Source of the DNA: Carcharhinus amblyrhynchos
Lineage: Eukaryota
Direction of reading: 5' to 3'
DNA: 64,000 nt
Assembly: GCA_965287045.1 (NCBI GenBank)
Contig: OZ336883.1
Location: 39,122,001 to 39,186,000 of the forward strand
Below the pieces are notes generated by a model, which did no database searches, had not been told where the DNA came from, and was given only the letters and a program-made list of their open reading frames with translations. The translations under genes and the position numbers were made by a program. Shown in pieces: positions 26,601 to 37,615 of this stretch. Numbering within the stretch: position 1 is the first letter of the stretch; each line of letters begins with the position of its first letter.

Positions 26601-29600
26601 ACTGGGGAACTGTTGTGCAAGGTTGGTGGATAAATAATTGAAAGATTGCAACTTACAGAGTTGATGAATACTGGAGTTTGTGACTGTCCCAAAGTTTAAA
26701 AGTTCCACTGATATTTAGATGTTAACAATAACAGATATGGAGTTTAAGATGCAGTTTTTCTATTATAAATAGTATTGTAGGTTAGCATGTGCAGTTTGAT
26801 ACTTGTAGTTTTAAACAGACATTACTCAGGCATAAGAAATGTGACATTGTGAAATGAAATTCAGTTGATGGCTGGGGAGCACATACATCTGCAGGCAAGA
26901 GGAATAGGGGTAAAGTTATCAACTTTGGGAGGCTTGTGAATGAGTGAAATGCCCAATTCATGTGGTGGGATAGAATGGAGAAAGGGAGCTCTGCGAGTGT
27001 AGGAGGAGAGGTTTGTTTGGAGGAAAGTAGCTGTCATAGTATAAAGAAAATACAAAAGAACGTAAGAAATATGAGTAGGAGTAGGCCATCTAGCCCTTTG
27101 AGCCTGCCCTGCCATTCAATAAGACCATGGCTGATCTGAAGTGGGTCAGTTCCACTTTCCTGCTTTCTCTCCATAACCCTTAAGATAATTCCCTTGCCTG
27201 TCAGAAATCTATCTACCTGTGACTTAAATATATTCAGCAAGGTAGCCTCCACTTTCAATGGGCAGTGAATTCCAGAGATTCACCACCCCTTGAGTGAAGA
27301 AGTTCCTCCTCAACTCCATTCTAAACTGCCCCTCCCTCCTCATTTTGAGGCTGTGCCCTCTAGTTCTGTTCCCCTTTCTAAGCAGGAAGAATCTCTCTAC
27401 CTGTACCCTATCTAGCCCCTTTGTTATCTTGTAAGTCTCTAAGATCCCCCCCTCAGCCTTCTAACTCTAATGAGTACAGGCCCAGTCTATTCAATCTCTC
27501 TTCATAAGCTAACCCCCTCATCTCTGGTATCAGCCTGCTGAACCTTCTCTGTACTCCCTCCAAGGCCAATATATCCTTATGCAAATAAGAGGACCAAAAC
27601 GGCACACAGTACTCCAGTTGCGGCCTCACCAGTGCCCTGTACAGTTGCAGCAAGACCTCCTGCTTCTATATTCTATCCCACTCGCTATAAAGGCCAACAT
27701 TCCATTCGCCGTCTTGATCACCTGCAGACTGGGTTTTTGCGATTTGTGCACAAGGACCCCCAGGTCCCTCTGCACTGTAGCATGCTGCAGCTTTTCACCC
27801 TTTAAATAATAATCCCTCCTACTACCAAAGTGGATAACCTCACATTTGCTCTACCAAAGTGGATAACTTCATGTATGAACGATATCACGCAAAACTGCTG
27901 AATTCTATCTAAATGTTTGTTTGTTATTTAGTCAGCAAATTGGTTTACTTTTATTCTGTTCAGGCATTAAAGTTCTAATATTTTGAACAGTGCTGTTGTA
28001 TATACCATTTCTAATGGGAATACTTTGAATGCTACTTAACTTCAAATTGCAGGCAACTTAACTGTAGTCATGAAAATCTTAAAGACTTTTCACTCCAATC
28101 TTCAGCTAGTTACACAGCTTCAGATCTGTTGCCATTGATAGGGAATGGTCTGCCTGCACCCATTGTTATTTTCTTAGCCTCTCCTCATGGTCATGGGTGT
28201 ACACATCCTTTCGATCAGCAAAACATGCTTATGTGAACAAGCTGCTTGCTTATCCCTTTGACCAGAGATTAGTCAGACCAATTGATATGTTACAGGAAAT
28301 ATTTTAATTAAGAACATTTTCACTCTTCACGCCCCTTTTTATATAAAACTGTGGTGTTTGGATAGAAAATCATGCTATGTATTTTGGTGTGGAAATTTGA
28401 GGGATTTTGCATAAAACCTTTGGCCTAACAATGGGACAGAGTACCTAATGCAATAAAAGGATAGGAAAAACTAACAATGGATAGTTGACCTTAAATTTTG
28501 TGCAACAGGGATTAACTGAGTTTATGCAACTACGTTTTACTCTTATTGTGTTACAATCCAGTCCATGTTACCCTTCTAGGATGTGGATGGACTTCTGTGT
28601 TCAGAGCTTAAAAATATAATCAGGAATATTGGATTGGAAGTGAGCTTATTGCATATTTTGTAGTTTACTAAGTTTGTGCTAATTGTCTTTTTTTTTCCTG
28701 AACAGTTAGACATCAAGAAAACATCTGTGGATCTTGATCAGAATATAATGCAACTGCAGCAACTAATAAGAACTCTTATTCTTCAGCTCTCAAAAGGAAG
28801 GGAAAATTCTCAACATGTTACTTTACAGTTTGAGCAAAAGGTACAAAATAAATACTGAATTCCTTCTGTATTCGGACTTGTTTCCAAGTCTCCCAACTTA
28901 ATGTTCTCCACAATTGTCACTTCAGCACACCAAAGAGGAGCCAAAATAGTAATTTCCTTTTGTTTTTGGTGCCTGTATGGAGTGGAGGATGAGGGATGGA
29001 AAAGAAAATATTAAGTGAATCTATGTTGAATAAGTACCAAGTCAGTAATGTGACCTATAATTTGTAGGGTATCTATACAATATCTGAATGAAATCTTCCA
29101 GCATTACTTCAAAGGGTTTAACATATATAAATTCACTAGTATCAGTCAGCATTTATAATTTAATAGTCACAAAGCACTTTCATTGGTTAAAGCTAGTTTT
29201 TAATTTAACTGATCAATAATCCAATAAAGTGGACAAACCAAATGGTAAAAGTAGTTTGGCAGACTGATTATTTTAAGATCCAGTATTATGTAATGAATGG
29301 TTATTTTATAACAAACAGTCCTCTGGACAAGTTTCAGTACGCTGTATTTCATATTTGTTGCAAGCCCAAAACTAGGGTGTTGAGTTTCAACTTAATCAAT
29401 TAAGTAAATGAGGGACAAGTTGGTCAAGATAAATCAGATTCAAACACATGGTAAATGAGCAATGGTGAACTCGTAAAGAAATAATACTGGTTAGATTTAC
29501 ATTTTCTTGAGGAATAAATATTCCATAGGGCAGCTGTGGCTAACTAGAGAAAGTAAGGATAGTGTTAGATTAAAAGAAGGGGCTTGCAATATGGCCAAAA

Positions 29601-32600
29601 AAGAGTAATGGGCTGTAAGATTTTAGAAGTCAGCCAAGGATGAGTAAGCTGTAGATAGAGCGGGAAAACAGTAAATTAACTAGAAACATAAAAACAAATT
29701 GTAAGGAATTCTACAGATATGTGAAAAGGAAATGATTAACAAAAGTAAATGCGGGTTAGAGGCAAACAGGTGAAATTAAAGTGGGTGATAAGGAAATGAC
29801 ATGATAAACAGTTGAAGAAACAAAAAACATTATTGGGAATAATGGAGAACTAAGGATCCAATGAGAACAAAAGGAACTAAATTTCATGAGTAGTTTAAAA
29901 GGATGGAGAAATTAATGAACCTAAAAACCATCTAATTCCTCTAAATCAAAGCAAAATAATGTGAATGCTGGAGATCTGAAATAAAAGCAAGGTTCTTAAA
30001 AAAAAACTCAGCAGGCCTGATAGCATCAGTGGAGTGAAAGAGTTAAGGTTTCAAATCCAATATGACTCCCCTTCAGAACTGGAGATCTTCCAAAGAAGAG
30101 TTACATCAGACATTGCTTCTCTCACCACAGATGCTGTGACATACTGAGCTTTTCCAGCACTTCGTTACAAAAACAAATTGTCACTGGATCTGATGACTGT
30201 GCATTTGAGGATTTTAAGAGGTGGCGACAGAGACAACAGGAATAATTTTGTTTCCAGAATTGCATTGTCTACAGTGGTCCCTATGGATTTGCAAGTAGCA
30301 AATTTAATCCTGCTGGTCAAGCAGGGAGAGAAAAAATGGAACTTGCAGACCAGTCAACCTGCCATCAATAGTAAGAATAATAATGGAATCTGTTGCAAGG
30401 TACATGCTGATGTAGCACTTAGAAAATCATAGAGTGAACAGTTCTCTGAAAGGGAAGCAGTGTTTTGCAGATTCTTTTTGATGTTGTAGCTGAAAGTTGG
30501 GTTAGGGAGAATGATTTGATGGAGTATATTTTGAATTTTCAAAAGGAGTTCGGTAAGATACCACAAAGTTGTTGCACAAAACTATCGTTCATGAAATTGA
30601 TAAATTAGTTTGGACTGTGGGTTGGCTGTTGGACAGAATGCAGACTAGGAATAATTGTTTTGTTTTTTTTTTGGTAGGTTGTAACAATTTAGAGTGCCAT
30701 GAAGCCAGTCCTTGCGCTTCAGCTATTTACAGTCTACATCCAGTGTGTTGGATGAAGGGACTGAATGTATTGTATCATCCAATTTTGCTGACAATACATA
30801 GCTAGGTGGGAAAATAAGCAGCAACGAGGGATGCAAAGGTATATAGGCACTCTTGAATGGGCAAGACCAGTGGAGTCTATTGGAAGGAAATGGGAAATTA
30901 TCCACTTTTTTAGGATAAATGGAAAAGTGTTTTTTTAAAAAAATTAAGTTTGATATTCAGAGGAATTTGGAGCTGTTTGTAGACACAATATAACATGCAT
31001 ATAAAGCATGCAATTAGGACGACAAATTGAATATCATACTTCAGCCCCCTTGCAATAAAGGTTAAGACTAAGGAAATCTTGCTACATTATATAGTGCTTT
31101 AGTGAGACCTATAACAATACTATATACTGTTTTGGTCTCTTTACTGAAAGAAGGATACACCCTTTAGAGAGGATACAACAAAGATTCGTTCGATTGATTC
31201 CTGAGATTAGTGGTAGTCCTGTGAGGAGAGAGTGCGTATTTTCTAGAGCTTGTAAAAAAAAAAGTGTTCGAATATGTAAACTTTGAAGGGCTTGATAAGG
31301 TAGATGTGAAAACTCTTTTGTTTTCCACAACTGGAGAGTTTCAACCTAGGAGTCAATCTCAGGATAAAGAATCAATGAAGTCCTGATCAGAGTCAATGGA
31401 TGCACAGCATTAACTGTGTTCAACACTGAACTCAGTAGATTTTTGGACTCATTTGAGGGAATCTAGGAAATATTGGGGCTAGCTGGAAAAGTTGATTCAG
31501 TTAGATGATCAGCACTGATTTTGTGGACTGCTCAAAGATGTCATTTGTCCTGTTTCTATTTTTTTTTATGGCTTACCTTTGCGTGGTCTTTAGTCTGTTG
31601 CAGACTACTTTAGACTTGTACATTTCTTCACCAAATTACAATAATTATAGGTTTTATGAAAGGTAAATCATGTTTGACAAATTTGCTTGAATTCTGAGGA
31701 CGTAACGGAGAGTAGATAGAGAGGAAACTGTAGCTGTGTTGTATTTAGATTTTTCAAAAGGCATTTGATAAGATGCTGCATAAGAGGCTGGTGCATAAAG
31801 TAAAAGCCCATGGAATTGGAGGAAGTGTGTTAGCATGAATTGAAAACTGGCTGTCACATAGAAAACAGGGAGTTGGAATAAATAGATCCTTTTCAGAGTT
31901 CAAAGATGTAACTAGTGGAGTACTGTAAGGATCAATTCTTGGCCCACAATTGTTCACCAATTACATTAATAATCTGGAGGAATGTAAGGTTTCCAGATTT
32001 GTTTATGATACAAAGATAGGTGGAAGGACATGTTTCAATATTGCGATTCTGCAATGGGATATACATTGGGTGACTGGGCTAAACATAGCAAGTAGAGATT
32101 AACTTGGGGAAGTGAGGGGTCATGCATGTTAGGAGCATCAAAGAGCAGATTATCTAAATTGTGAGAGACTTCAGGTGAGTGAAGTATCGAGGGATCTAGG
32201 TGTTCTAGTGCATGAATCACCAAAAAGCAAACGGACAAGTCCAACAAATAGTAAAAGGAGCAAATGGCATTTTGGCTATTATTGAAAGGGGTTGGAGTTC
32301 AAAAATAGGGAGGTTTTGTTGCAATTGTACAGGGCATGGTTGGGGGCTCATCTGGAATACTGTATGCAGTCTTGGACTGCTTTCCTGAAAAAGGGATATA
32401 GTAATATCGGAAGCAATCCGAAAGCGATTTACCAGGCTAATTCCTGGGATGAGGGTTTCCTATCAAGGGAGACTAAAAAGTCTGGTCTATATGGTGTTTA
32501 GGAGAGGTGATCTTTCTTCAAGCATGTCAGATCCTGAGGGGGCTTGACAGGGTAGGTGGTGAGAGGTTTTCATTTATGGGAGTCTCGAACAAGGGGACAT

Positions 32601-35600
32601 AGTTACAAGATAAGGGACCAGTCACTTAAAACTGAGGTGCATAGAAACTTCTTATTGCAGTGAGTGATGAATATCTGGAACTCTGATCCTAAGGGAGACT
32701 AGATCATTAGAAATAATCAAAGTGGAGGTGATAAATATTTGATAGATCAGAGAATAGGGGACTACAGGAAAATGACAAAGTAGTTGAGGCCAGCATAGAT
32801 CAGCCATGATTGTATTGAATGGGGGGCAGCATTAATAGGAATTGGGAGTAGGCCACCAGGCCTATTACTTGTATACAGCACACCGGCTTTTCGAATGAGT
32901 AGTACACCTAGTAACATTTCCCTGCAACCCTGCACAATTTCGAATAATCCTCCTGAATGTTTCAAGCCTCCACCAGACTATCAGCCAGCACATTCCAGAT
33001 CTTCACTACATGAAAGTTTCTTCTCACGGCTTTGTTGTTTCTTTTGCCAATTATTTTATTATTGACCCCCCTCAGTCTTGATCTTAACACCAGTGGGAAC
33101 GGTGTTCCCCTATCTACTCTGTCCAACCACCTCTGATTTTTGAATGACCTCTTTCAAGTTGCCTCTTGACTATTTCCTTATCCGAGTGAAACTGTCCCAA
33201 CTTCTCCAATCTATCTTTGTAAGTTAAGTTTCTCATCCCTTGGATCGTCCTTGTGAATTGTTATATCTCTAATGACCTCATGTCTTTCCTAAACTGTCAC
33301 TCAGAACTGGGCACAGCAGTCTGCCAGCTGAGGCTGAACCAGGGTTTTTTCAATCTTAACCTTTCTGAACTAAACTTGTTCCTCCTTCATGTTTACAGCC
33401 AAGCCTATCAAGGCAGTCAACTAATGAAGTTTCACATTTGAGCAGTACCTTTTCAAAGGTGTTTAAAATCATCCCTGTATCCCCTCGATTTGTTTTCCCA
33501 AAGCAAAAAGAGAATTGTTATGTCATCAATCTTTGCTTCGATTTTTCTTTGGCTTTGAAATTTAACATCTGTTCCGTGCTGCGTTCTGAGTATCACTTTT
33601 ATTAATTAACAAATGTGACATAATATTTCAAATCATATTTTCGTGGGCTGATATAAATGAAACAATTATTAATCTTTTCAAACATGATTGAAAATAATCT
33701 TACCAAAAAAATTCTGTACTCTGGCACTTAACTGAACTTACAAGCAACATTTAACCAGAAAATTTACTTTTTTAAAGCTGTTGCTTTGGCTTGGGACCTT
33801 TTTTTTTATTTAATCAATTCTGCCAGATCCATTACATTAGGTTCTCTTGGCAGCCTCTATCAGGGATACACTTTAAAAACATTGTACCCATATACCAGAT
33901 TTGCTGATGATATAATACAGTCAGTTCATTCCAAGCCATTTATATAGATTGTAAGTTACTAAGGCCCCAACACTGCTTCCTCTGGTACTCCACTGGTTAG
34001 TTTGCCAATCTCAAAATGAACTATTTTTCCCAACTGTTGTTTGTGAGCCAATCCTCTCTCCATGCTAATATATCACCCCCAACCTACCTTTGTGGCATCT
34101 TATCAAATGCATTTTGGAAATCCAAATCCATTACATCTGCTGGCTCCCCTCTAACCATCCTGCTTGCTACATCCTCAGAACCCCAATAAATTTTGTCAAA
34201 CATAATTTCCATTTAACAAAACCATGTTGATTCTACTTGATTGTGTTGTGATTCTCCAGTATTTTCTACCATTCCTTCCTTAAGAGTGGATCCCATTGAT
34301 GGATGCTGGCCAGTCTGTAGCTTACTGCTTTCTGCTGCCTTCCTTTCTTGAATAGTGGTGTTGCATTTGCAATTTTCTAATCCTCTGGGACCTTTCCATA
34401 ATCAAGGGAATTTTGGAAAATTGCAGACACTTCCTTTTAAGACCATAAGGTGCAGGCCATCAAGTCCTAAGGACTGTCGGTCTTTATTCCTTTTAATTTT
34501 GCTTGCATTTTTTTTCTCATTTAACTTCCTTCCATCCTTTTGACTCTTGATTTTCTACTATTCTTGAGATGTTTTCTACTGTGCAGACAGATACAAAATA
34601 CTTGTTCAAAGTTTCTACCTTTTGCTTGTTTCCCATTATTAATTCCACAGTCTCATTCTCTTTCCTATTTAGCTACATTAAGAGCTTTTACTGTTTCTTG
34701 TATTTCTTCCTCAGTTTTTTTTCTCACTCCAACTTCTCCCTCTTTTTTTCTAAAAGGTACTCTTCGCTGTTTTCTTAAAGTTCCTCTCTTCTGACTACCA
34801 TTAATCTTTGCCACATCGTACATCTTTGAATTTGCCACTGTCCTTAACTTGTTTAACCACAATTGGTGCATTCTTCTTGAGGTGGCATACATTTTTGAGC
34901 AAGATATTTCATAACTCCCAATGTCTGCCACTACTTTGCTACTTTACCTTTTAACCTATTTACCCATACATTGTAGCCAGCTGTCTCATATCCTTGTAAT
35001 TATATTTATTTCAGTTTAAGATGTTAAATTTTTCACCTTCACACAATGTGAAATTCATCATGTAATGAACATTCTTGCCTGACAGATCATTTACTATGAG
35101 GCCATTAACTACTCCGGCCTCATTCGACATTGCCAGCTCTAAAATATCTCGTTTCCTACTTGGTTAGTTCCATAATGTATTCTAAGGAATATCCCAGATA
35201 TGCACTTTTTTGGCAATTTAATTTGGCCAATCTATATTAAGATTAAATTTCCCATGGTTATTGTAGTACCTTACTTACAAGACCCCATTATTTCTTGAAT
35301 GGTCCACGACTACAGTGTAGGTATTACAAGTAGGGGCTGTAAAACCATTCCATCAGGTACTTATTTCCTTGTTTATCTCCACCCAAAATCTATGGTCCTC
35401 CAAACAAAAATCATTTACTACTGTATTAGTCTTATCCTTGATTAACAGAGCTACCTTACCTCATTTTCTTTTCCTTCCCAATTTCCTCAAATGTCAAATA
35501 CTCATGAATATTCAGAGTCCCAGTAGTGGTCATTTTGCAACCACATCTATATTGGCTTTTCTATACTCATACTTGTAGGTGTAACAGATCACCATCCTGT

Positions 35601-36650
35601 TACAAATGCCAAGTACATTAAGATTAAAAAAGCTGGTACCTTTCCAGAATCTAGGGAGTTTTGGTAGATCACAATGTGCCCATAATCTCTGCAATCACTT
35701 CCTTTAAGACATTACAAGGCAAACCCTCAGCTTCTAGGGGACTTTTCAATCTTTAGGTTTTCTTGCATTTTTTCCTCTGGTGGTGATTTCTCTCATTTTA
35801 AGTTCTATCTTTTTACCACTTCCCTACAGTGACCTTACTTGTACACGTATTTGATTTGCTAGTATGCTTGTCCCAGTACAGTTCAGGAGAAGGTCCTCCC
35901 AAAAACTTCCTCTTCATTTCTCCCATTACCAATCTTTGAACCACACATTCAGTATGCTCCAGTCATGAGCTGCTATGTGATAATAAGTTAAGCTTTTTTT
36001 AAAATGTGGAGAACTTCCTTTTGGAGAATAATTGAAATTGATCTTGACCCAAGTTACTTTTCAACTTCAAAAATGGAATAGTTGGTCTGTTTTGGGTCAG
36101 ATGGTGAATTTGGCTGCTTTGTGAGCTGCTGATTCTTTTATGCCTAATGAGGACTGCTACCCAAGTTTTTGTTTCTCCTAACCAATAGGGGACTAAGTTT
36201 TGGGAGAGGGCCGTGAAAGGATAGGGAATGAAATTTCTTTAGGCTGCTGTGGCCCAAGATGATACATTGATGTTTGGAACAAAGTTAACCCTTGGGTTTG
36301 GGAGAAACTGTGTAATCTGTAATTGAGCTGGGAAGACCTGGGGTGGCAATTGACCAGCAGCCTGGCTCACCTATAGAGTCTGGAGTAATAAAACTCAATC
36401 TATTAATCATACAGGTGGATTGGCTGGTCGACTGACAGGAAAATTGTCAGTCCTCGGTGCTGATAGGCTGTGGTGTTACTAGCAAAATCGATGTTTTGAT
36501 ACTTCACATCCAGGAAGTCACTGGTTGAGTCTTCTACTTTATTGATGCATGTAAACCAAATTGTCCATTAAAATGTCAAGAAATAATAGATTCTGCTTTT
36601 GTTTTTATTTTTAGGCAACTGGAGTGCTGAAGGAAGGAGCTTCTGTTTGA
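5636..36650 (+). CDS. KTN1: Kinectin 1, 3' part of a spliced CDS (20 exons, 517 aa + stop; 5' exons lie upstream of the window)
   Basis: Manually spliced GT-AG exons with consistent phases give a continuous coiled-coil ORF including ELREKNWKAMEALTSTEKMLQDKVNKTAK, LQLECEKYKTVLAET-EGILQRLQSSVEEEEGKWK and LKVLLTELQKKLDDS, which match vertebrate kinectin as recalled; closer to KTN1 than to its paralog RRBP1. Confidence 0.93.
5751..5841 (+). CDS. KTN1: KTN1 exon, 91 nt (LVEKDREINKVEDQLEKELLKLEKNEQRFQ)
   Basis: ctcctgcAG acceptor, GTATTT donor, phase 2-0, heptad-rich peptide. Confidence 0.9.
6006..6074 (+). CDS. KTN1: KTN1 exon, 69 nt (NLQEDHDLLKKQVENAQLQTAEQ)
   Basis: taaAG acceptor, GTAATT donor, phase 0-0. 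Confidence 0.88.
6502..7915. repeat. ~410-bp inverted repeat (6502-6912 / 7502-7915) with a C/T-rich spacer
   Basis: Arms are reverse complements with about a dozen differences, read by eye. Confidence 0.95.
6920..7500. repeat. ~36-bp pyrimidine minisatellite (GCCCTCTCTCTCCTCCTCTCCTTTTCCTCCCCCCC[C/T])n with poly-C ends
   Basis: Roughly 13-14 tandem copies; G-rich on the minus strand. Confidence 0.95.
8789..8829 (+). CDS. KTN1: KTN1 exon, 41 nt (VSTKTNLIKESQI)
   Basis: tttgcatcttTAG acceptor, GTAAGT donor, phase 0-2. Confidence 0.85.
8903..8993 (+). CDS. KTN1: KTN1 exon, 91 nt (IESKEQEINNLKATLTNSREEVATYVTKLQ)
   Basis: ttttatttgCAG acceptor, GTAATT donor, phase 2-0. Confidence 0.9.
9095..9163 (+). 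CDS. KTN1: KTN1 exon, 69 nt (DLQHENAGLKIQIQQLHDKTNEQ)
   Basis: AAG acceptor after a pyrimidine tract, GTAAGG donor, phase 0-0. Confidence 0.88.
9665..9925 (-). mobile_element. CR1 LINE 3' end
   Basis: acagcatggaaacaggcccttcggccc terminal motif and ...cctctgagtgaaaaaattgcccct, reverse orientation. Confidence 0.7.
10520..10557 (+). CDS. KTN1: KTN1 exon, 38 nt (DSALCKSEVLLNV)
   Basis: ttcaaaCAG acceptor, GTAAGT donor, phase 0-2. Confidence 0.85.
10740..10957 (+). mobile_element. CR1 LINE 3' end nested inside a fold-back element
   Basis: actcagggtagtaagagcgtggaatgccctgcc ... gggccgaagggcctgtactgcgctg(ttctatg)n. Confidence 0.7.
11355..11445 (+). CDS. KTN1: KTN1 exon, 91 nt (LSEKDQEIDSLHQETESLKAAVNQQRKKNN)
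   Basis: actttTAG acceptor, GTGAGT donor; QRKKNN motif of kinectin. Confidence 0.93.
11760..12600 (+). mobile_element. Decayed RTE/BovB-like LINE, C-terminal part
   Basis: Remnants ISIDSVALEV, HVHRMD..LYGE, DMKMVNIDIEN-WE and DLWR. Confidence 0.6.
13300..15780 (+). mobile_element. Cluster of old CR1 fragments (best preserved 14640-15195)
   Basis: DGLHLN-like ORF1 remnant at ~13495; ccacatctggagtacagagtgcagtattggtctcc (PHLEY.VQ.WSP) and a CR1 3' tail. Confidence 0.6.
16660..16746 (+). CDS. KTN1: KTN1 exon, 87 nt (ELREKNWKAMEALTSTEKMLQDKVNKTAK)
   Basis: Highly conserved LREKNW motif; AG/GT boundaries. Confidence 0.95.
17367..17456 (+). CDS. KTN1: KTN1 exon, 90 nt (EKDQQVVAVQSLTRDVLKKLFPRVLVTSTS)
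   Basis: aaaCAG acceptor, GTAATT donor; VLKKLFP motif. Confidence 0.93.
18407..18484 (+). CDS. KTN1: KTN1 exon, 78 nt (EYSEWLQEFEIAAQKTLSSLIAEERK)
   Basis: tttaTAG acceptor, GTTTGC donor; YxEWL motif. Confidence 0.9.
19028..19336 (-). mobile_element. tRNA-derived SINE (HE1/V-SINE-like)
   Basis: Reverse complement of the ggtggcacagtggctagcactgc head, tgggtttcctcc.ggtgctccggtttcct core and CR1-like tail. Confidence 0.85.
20322..20411 (+). CDS. KTN1: KTN1 exon, 90 nt (VMEHKEKEGEEVHAMLQLECEKYKTVLAET)
   Basis: catcTAG acceptor, GTAAGT donor. Confidence 0.95.
20498..20590 (+). CDS. KTN1: KTN1 exon, 93 nt (EGILQRLQSSVEEEEGKWKLKLEESQKALMQ)
   Basis: ccaCAG acceptor, GTAACC donor. Confidence 0.95.
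21373..21444 (+). CDS. KTN1: KTN1 exon, 72 nt (MQSSTRMLEQELEKVKRENTEAES)
   Basis: atcCAG acceptor, GTAGGT donor. Confidence 0.9.
23106..23189 (+). CDS. KTN1: KTN1 exon, 84 nt (LRKQSNHLASELEKVESERATCVTEVRE)
   Basis: tttttgCAG acceptor, GTATGT donor. Confidence 0.93.
23264..23582 (+). repeat. Tandem duplication (~150 + 168 bp) of the intron 3' end, including the acceptor
   Basis: Both copies share aactga..gtga.ggccttagattt, cttccagtacacaacaatcaggaag and cccaggaacagtt.a.attggattttaaa.ttcatt.cag. Confidence 0.9.
23583..23666 (+). CDS. KTN1: KTN1 exon, 84 nt (LKVLLTELQKKLDDSCAEAIKQNEELSL)
   Basis: cattgCAG acceptor, GTAAGA donor. Confidence 0.94.
24739..24822 (+). CDS. KTN1: KTN1 exon, 84 nt (LKTQLTETLAKLKTEQNEAQNVVSNLHK)
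   Basis: atttgCAG acceptor, GTAAGA donor. Confidence 0.94.
25050..25590 (+). mobile_element. Old CR1 3' fragment
   Basis: GDLIEV.K motif and CR1-like 3' region. Confidence 0.55.
25864..25956 (+). CDS. KTN1: KTN1 exon, 93 nt (AQESLNVIQEEIARTQRADNAIDNSNISEVK)
   Basis: attttgCAG acceptor, GTGTGT donor. Confidence 0.88.
27050..27872 (-). mobile_element. CR1 LINE 3' portion
   Basis: MLQLYRALVRPQLEYCVPFWSSYLHKDILALEGVQRRFSRLIPEMRGLAYEERLNRLGLYSLE on the minus strand plus CR1 tail. Confidence 0.9.
28706..28840 (+). CDS. KTN1: KTN1 penultimate coding exon, 135 nt (LDIKKTSVDLDQNIMQLQQLIRTLILQLSKGRENSQHVTLQFEQK)
   Basis: Long pyrimidine tract + aaCAG acceptor; QLQQL motif; weak AAG|GTACAA donor. 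Confidence 0.85.
29330..31575 (+). mobile_element. Old CR1 LINE ORF2 remnant
   Basis: NIKTNCKEFYRYVKRK, DLQVANLILL and FADNT-like remnants, 3' end gatcagcactgattt. Confidence 0.7.
31650..32870 (+). mobile_element. CR1 LINE RT to 3' end
   Basis: GFMKGKSCLTNLLEF, YLDFSKAFDK, TSGVL*GSILGPQLF, EFKNREVLLQLYRA..HLEYCMQSW. Confidence 0.88.
32880..35780 (-). mobile_element. Several old CR1 fragments in reverse orientation
   Basis: Reverse complements of DFQNAFDK (ttatcaaatgcattttggaaatcc), SGVPEEAVLG and CR1 3' motifs. Confidence 0.65.
36615..36650 (+). CDS. KTN1: KTN1 terminal coding exon (ATGVLKEGASV*)
   Basis: Strong gtttttattttTAG acceptor, in phase with the previous exon, TGA at 36648-36650, followed by AT-rich repeat-free UTR-like sequence. 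Confidence 0.75.
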   Translation, partial: ATGVLKEGASV

Positions 36651-37615
36651 AGATGGTGCTTGGTTTGCACCTTGATTTGCCAAATTAAAGCCTTATTTAT
36701 GTTTTTCGCCCTTCTTAATTGTCAAACACTGAATAGAGCTTTACTTTTGTGTTTTTTTTTTAAATATTGGATTAAACTACTGATTGAAAAATATTGTAGG
36801 CAGCTTGAAAGTTTTTAGTTTTATAAAACATGGTATCCTGTATGTACATTCCTAAATGCAAAGAAATTGTTTAATTTTTTGCTAAATGCCTAAATTTGAC
36901 TACCAGCAAATATAATTTGGGCAAAACCAGGAGCTAAAAATAATTCTAGCGGCACATTTACTTTTGGGTTTCAAATTAAGACTTTCAGGGTTATTTGCTA
37001 ACTTTCAGCATTACACACTCCATGTTGTTGCTAGCATAGAAAATCTGAAGAATTTTGTAAGCGCGAGTCTGAATAAAGGGATGCTTGTTTCTCAGCCAGA
37101 CCAAAGCTTCATTCGGTAAAGCACTACTGTTTTTACTGCTGTGTGGCCTGATGAAATGTTAAAGCAGACAGCAGTACGTCAGTTGATTACATGTCCCCTT
37201 TTGAGGGTTGAATAGTAACATTCTACAATAAATGTTGAATATTCAGTTCTTGCTGACTTAATGGTGCAAACTGTTTTTCTGTTAAGTGGGCTTGAAATAC
37301 AGTTGACCTGTGGTGCGTTGGAGGCATTGTGGCTACATACCCAAGCTGCTAGTTTAAAAAAATGGTTTATAGAGAAAAAGGGTAAACAGTTCAAATTGAT
37401 GCTGCTTTGATATTTTACTGTTTTCTTTAAGGTAGAATTGAAACTATTTACATTTAAGGAGCTGCCATTTTAATAAAGTTATGAACTGTAAATAAGTCCT
37501 ATGTATAAATGAGGGAAAAATAAAATCTCCTTTGCATCTTGTCTTCATGAAATGGTTACTTTGTGGCAAACTTCCTTACTGCACTAAAGAATAAAGTCTG
37601 AAATTCAACAGCAGA
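36651..37615 (+). other. KTN1: KTN1 3' UTR with several AATAAA signals (e.g. 37072, 37472, 37590)
   Basis: U/A-rich, repeat-free sequence after the stop with clustered AATAAA hexamers; the site actually used cannot be determined from sequence. Confidence 0.6.

Noticed and set aside
27820-27872. Duplicated ctaccaaagtggataac at the truncated 5' end of a CR1
   Set aside because: Ordinary 5'-junction microduplication of a LINE insertion.
5636-36650. Calling the gene RRBP1
   Set aside because: Internal motifs (STEKMLQDKVNKT, VLKKLFP, LQLECEKYK, TELQKKLDDS) match KTN1 as recalled; only the extreme C-terminus is RRBP1-like.
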